Positions 33,480 through 37,002 of a DNA stretch of 37,002 bases are shown in pieces. How positions within the stretch are numbered: the stretch's first letter is position 1; each line of letters opens with the position of its first letter. A program made the position numbers and the translations under genes. The notes beneath the pieces were generated by a model. That model was not told the origin of the DNA. It ran no database searches and saw only the letters and a list, made by a program, of their open reading frames with translations. Origin of the DNA: an uncultured Bacilli bacterium (lineage in GTDB: Bacteria > Bacillota_I > Bacilli_A > RF39 > UBA660); assembly GCA_934096755.1 (NCBI GenBank), contig CAKOMU010000002.1:1-37002 (forward strand), read 5' to 3'.

Positions 33480-34436
33480 TTAAATAATAAACACTAAAGT
33501 ATAGTAAATGGCAAAACAAATTAGCATAATGAGCCCTTCTCTTTTAGTAATTTTTCGGGCAGTACTGGCAAAGATTAAAATTAATAAAGAGGAAAAAATT
33601 AACATAATTAAATCCATCATTTGAAAACTTACAGGAGTTAAAGTACCGAAAATAGCAACCGGAATACCTAAAACTACGCAGATATTAAAAATATTACTTC
33701 CAATAATATTACCTACTAATAAATCTTGTTCTCCTTTTTTAGATGAAACGATCGTAGTAACTAATTCGGGCAATGATGTGCCAAACGCAATAATTGTTAA
33801 GGAAATTACTCGGTCACTAACACCAATGAATTTAGCTATATAGGATGCACTATCAACCACTAAATCACTACCTATAATAATGCCAACAATGCCAAGAACT
33901 ACGAATAAAAGAGATTGCCATAATGAAAATTTAGGTGTTTCTACTTTGTTTTCTTCATTTTTGTTTTGCCTTGCTAAAGTGATTAAGTAATAAATAAAAA
34001 CGCTGAAAAATAAGAGTATGACTAGTGCATCTTGTCTAGTAATTTTATTTACACTACCTTGAGCTAGATTAACATCTAAAAATAATACTACTAATAAACT
34101 AGATATTAAAAATGCTAAAGGCAACTCTTTACGCACAGTATTATCTTTAATATGAATAGGATTGATAAGCGCAGCTATACCTAATATTAAAAGAATATTT
34201 AAAATATTACTACCAATAACATTTCCTAATACCATATCAGCACTACCCGATTTTAAAGCACTCATGGAAACGGCAAATTCTGGAGCACTTGTACCAAACG
34301 CCACAATAGTTAAACCAATAAGCATTTTAGAAACTTTAAAATTTTGAGCTGTCGAGGATGCACCATCGACAAATAAATCTGCCCCTTTGATAAGTAGAAA
34401 AAAACCAAAAATTAAAAATATAACATGAAAAAACAT
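33480..34436 (-). CDS. CaCA-family cation/Ca2+ antiporter (YrbG-like)
   Basis: 318 aa. Two alpha-repeats, GLTIVAFGTSAPEFAVS and SLTIIAFGTSLPELVTT, each followed by GN(V/I)IGSNI(L/F)N. Confidence 0.85.
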   Translation of the reverse strand: MFFHVIFLIFGFFLLIKGADLFVDGASSTAQNFKVSKMLIGLTIVAFGTSAPEFAVSMSALKSGSADMVLGNVIGSNILNILLILGIAALINPIHIKDNTVRKELPLAFLISSLLVVLFLDVNLAQGSVNKITRQDALVILLFFSVFIYYLITLARQNKNEENKVETPKFSLWQSLLFVVLGIVGIIIGSDLVVDSASYIAKFIGVSDRVISLTIIAFGTSLPELVTTIVSSKKGEQDLLVGNIIGSNIFNICVVLGIPVAIFGTLTPVSFQMMDLIMLIFSSLLILIFASTARKITKREGLIMLICFAIYYTLVFII

Positions 34437-34455
34437 AACATCACCCTCTTAATTA

Positions 34456-35214
34456 TTAAATAAATAAAAAATGAAACAAATTTAAAAATTTTTCTGCTGT
34501 AAAAAAGACGATAAATAAGGCTCCAACCAAAAATGGTCCATAAGGAAACTCATGATTTTTAGCTAAATATAGTGTTGTTAAAGCATATGGTAAAGCTAAA
34601 AACGTAGAAAGAATCAAGGCAATTAATCCCAATCTTAAACCAAGAATTAAGCCAATTACAAAAGCCAGTTTAATATCGCCGCCACCAAGAGATTCTTTTT
34701 TTAGCATAAATCCTCCAAATTTAGCCACAAATAGCATCATGAAAAATAAAACAATTCCTGATGCAATACTACTTAACACATTAGATAATCCAAAATAATA
34801 ATATTTTAAAATAATGATTAAGATACTTGTGATGATAAGTGGAGAATCTAAAATAATCATATATTTGAAATCACTAATAAATATAATGATCATCAAAGAG
34901 CTGACGATTAGACCACCAAATAATTCGTAACCAAATGGCAGGTATAGGTATGTAAATAAAAATAAAATACCGGTTGCCAGTTCAACTACTAAATTATCAA
35001 AGGAAATTGGTTGGTGACAATAAGAACATTTCCCTTTTTGTATTATATATGATAGTATTGGAATAAGATTATACCATTTAAGTGTTTGATGACAAGCATC
35101 ACAATGACTCCGTGAAAAAATTACATCTTCCTCCTTTGGCAGCCTTGTCGCAATAACGAGATAAAAGGAACCGAGGATGGTTCCAATTATAAAAATGATT
35201 ATAGCAATATACAT
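34456..35214 (-). CDS. pilD: Prepilin peptidase (A24 family, PilD/ComC type)
   Basis: Start at MYIAIIIFIIG (ATG 35214, GGGGGA RBS). N-terminal Cys cluster CDACHQTL...CSYCHQ. Catalytic-type GGGDIKL motif. Confidence 0.8.
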   Translation of the reverse strand: MYIAIIIFIIGTILGSFYLVIATRLPKEEDVIFSRSHCDACHQTLKWYNLIPILSYIIQKGKCSYCHQPISFDNLVVELATGILFLFTYLYLPFGYELFGGLIVSSLMIIIFISDFKYMIILDSPLIITSILIIILKYYYFGLSNVLSSIASGIVLFFMMLFVAKFGGFMLKKESLGGGDIKLAFVIGLILGLRLGLIALILSTFLALPYALTTLYLAKNHEFPYGPFLVGALFIVFFTAEKFLNLFHFLFI

Positions 35215-35224
35215 TATATTCCCC

Positions 35225-36790
35225 CTAACTATTTTGAATTTGTGCATACATGTCAAACATTGGCACAATGACAGCAATTATGATGGCTCCTACCACTAAG
35301 GCTAAAACCGAAATCATGATTGGTTCAATAAACGATTTCAAATTATTAATAATATTTTTATGAAGTAATTGATAATACTCACTAACTTTTTGCATCATAT
35401 TAGCTAAGTCACCAGTCGATTCACCAGTAACTATCATGTAATAAGCCACATCAGGTACGGCCCAATGATCTTTAAAAGCTTCACTGATTTTTTCTCCTTT
35501 AACTATATTATTAATTGTTTTATATAAGATAGCTCTATATACTTCATTATTAGTAATTCGACTAAGAATGTCCATACTATCGGTGATAAAAACATTATTA
35601 CGTAGTAAAGAAGCAAAAGTTTTAGAAAATATAGTAAGTTCATTGTAAATTATTACATCTTTAATAACTGGAATGTGCATTAATACGATTTGCATGGTTG
35701 TTTTAAATGCTTTAACTGTTTTATATAAAATGACAATTACAGCTATTATAGCAACTATAATTCCAATTAAAGTGAAAAAATTATTTTTAAAAAAATAGCT
35801 TAAGTCAACGATCATTTTAGTAATACCTGTAATTTGTGTACCATTAGCTTCGTAAATATCGATAAACTGTGGTACAACATAAAGCAAAATGAAAATAATA
35901 ACCCCTATAGAAAAAACTGTAATAATAGCTGGATATGTCATAGCACTTACCATTTGTTTATGTGTTTCATTGATTTCAGTATAATATGCTGCCATATCAT
36001 CTAAAGTTTCAATTAATGTTCCACTAGCTTCCGCGGCTTTTATCATATTAATTAATAAGGCTGGAAACATCGTTCCTTGTTTTTCTAAGGCTTTAGAAAA
36101 TGATTCTCCTAATGTTAGTTCATAAGAGATTGCTTTAAATGCCGTTGTTCGTGCTTTATTTCCTTTCATTTGTGTAGTTAATATTTTTATTGCATCATTT
36201 AAAGTTAAGCCAGCTTTAATATAAGTAGATAATTGGGTTAACCAGAAAATTAAATCTTTATTAGACATTTTTTTGCTCATAAAACTTGTATCTTTATAAA
36301 CAAAATCAATCATCGGAGATGTTTTAATGACATAAACATCATAGCCTTCATTTAATAAATAAGCGTTGATATCCAATTTGCTTAGACCATTCATAGTCCC
36401 AGTTATTATTTTACCACTATTATCACGAACTTTGTAATAATATACATGTGGTTCTTTACTTCTAGTAGCTCCTGAAGTTTGTAAATCAACTAGTAAAGCC
36501 TTTTTTTCCATTTCTAATTTAGCCAAAGTTTTAGCACTATAATTGTATTCTTTAACTTTCTTAGCTTTTTTCTTTGTTCGTTCATATATTTTTTCTTCAT
36601 CTTTTAAAAATGCTTCTTTGGTTTGTTGGTATGTGCGATTGACACGATAACCAGCCCCATTATAGAGATCTACCCACATATCAAAACACAGATATTTGAA
36701 GCCGGTTAAAGCATACTTGAAAATATTATAAATAATCATAAATGGTGTCAACAAAATATTTTCTTTACTTTGAGCTTTTGTTTCTAGCAT
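35225..36790 (-). CDS. pilC: Type IV pilus / competence pseudopilus platform protein (GspF/PilC family) with an extra N-terminal TM plus a Lys-rich extension
   Basis: Two GspF repeats (LIFWLTQLSTYIKAGLTLNDAI... and FSKTFASLLRNNVFITDSMDIL...). PilC-type N-domain YYYKVRDNSGKIITGTMNG. Preferred start is MLETKAQ (ATG 36790, GAGGA RBS); the start is uncertain. Confidence 0.75.
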   Translation of the reverse strand: MLETKAQSKENILLTPFMIIYNIFKYALTGFKYLCFDMWVDLYNGAGYRVNRTYQQTKEAFLKDEEKIYERTKKKAKKVKEYNYSAKTLAKLEMEKKALLVDLQTSGATRSKEPHVYYYKVRDNSGKIITGTMNGLSKLDINAYLLNEGYDVYVIKTSPMIDFVYKDTSFMSKKMSNKDLIFWLTQLSTYIKAGLTLNDAIKILTTQMKGNKARTTAFKAISYELTLGESFSKALEKQGTMFPALLINMIKAAEASGTLIETLDDMAAYYTEINETHKQMVSAMTYPAIITVFSIGVIIFILLYVVPQFIDIYEANGTQITGITKMIVDLSYFFKNNFFTLIGIIVAIIAVIVILYKTVKAFKTTMQIVLMHIPVIKDVIIYNELTIFSKTFASLLRNNVFITDSMDILSRITNNEVYRAILYKTINNIVKGEKISEAFKDHWAVPDVAYYMIVTGESTGDLANMMQKVSEYYQLLHKNIINNLKSFIEPIMISVLALVVGAIIIAVIVPMFDMYAQIQNS

Positions 36791-36943
36791 CTTAATCAAT
36801 CCTCTACTATTTATTAGTATAGCAAAAAAGTTAAATAATCGCAATAATTTTAATATAACGCACTCTACTCTTTTTTACAAATTTGAATTATTTAATAGTA
36901 AGCTATAAAGTGATTTTTTATTATTAAAAAAGAAATTATATCA

Positions 36944-37002
36944 CTACAATTTCTTCTTTAATTCATTAATATCTTCGATGGATAATCCAGTTATTTTACT
37001 TA
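36944..37002 (-). CDS. 3' end of an unidentified CDS, cut by the window
   Basis: Open frame ...SKITGLSIEDINELKKKL* ending at TAG 36944-36946. Too short to assign. Confidence 0.3.
   Translation of the reverse strand, partial: SKITGLSIEDINELKKKL

Noticed and set aside
1-37002. Alternative genetic code (TGA = Trp, as in Mycoplasma) suggested by the extreme AT content.
   Set aside because: All conserved genes are intact under the standard code, Trp is encoded by TGG, and TGA is used as a real stop (for example ORF 8336..9157 and the kinase-like pseudogene).
1-37002. CRISPR arrays, IS elements or transposases, integrated phage, tRNA or rRNA genes.
   Set aside because: I saw no regularly spaced direct repeats, no transposase-like or phage-like ORFs, and no tRNA-like T-arm/acceptor structures by eye. 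The only recombinase is a housekeeping-type XerD next to rarA.

Overview
Very AT-rich chromosome segment that uses the standard genetic code, since TGA terminates ORFs. It probably comes from a low-GC Gram-positive bacterium related to Erysipelotrichia or Mollicutes. It is almost entirely core housekeeping, mostly on the minus strand. The gene order echoes the Bacillus subtilis relA-dtd-hisS-aspS-6S RNA-yrvM(tcdA)-rarA and mnmA neighbourhood. Genes recognised: tig, zupT, xerD-like, rarA, gpsA, tcdA, gatCAB, two aspS paralogs, hisS, dtd, relA, a MOP-family flippase, mnmA, a SpoIIM-like protein, a CaCA antiporter and pilC/pilD. Several features are invisible in the ORF track. (1) A probable 6S RNA lies just upstream of tcdA, where the track shows a spurious N-terminal extension. 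(2) Two T-box leaders precede the two aspS copies: one has a clean GAC (Asp) specifier, and the one driving aspS-gatCAB has no Asp codon and most plausibly reads AAC (Asn). (3) Both T-box antiterminators sit inside a longer hairpin followed by a U-run, and I could not find the canonical competing terminator. (4) The hisS leader has an intrinsic terminator, no recognisable T-box core, and a 10-codon ORF with tandem His codons. (5) A 107-codon ORF with no ATG/GTG/TTG continues in frame straight after the zupT stop. (6) There are two miniprotein genes and several frameshifted genes, some at homopolymer runs. I found no CRISPR array, IS element, tRNA/rRNA gene or recognisable defence system. The weak candidates for an unknown system are an orphan HerA/DUF87-type ATPase with a small membrane-anchored neighbour, and a structured terminator-containing leader in front of a Spo0A-C-terminal-domain-only protein. 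All RNA folds were done by eye and all family calls come from motif memory, so both need computational confirmation.
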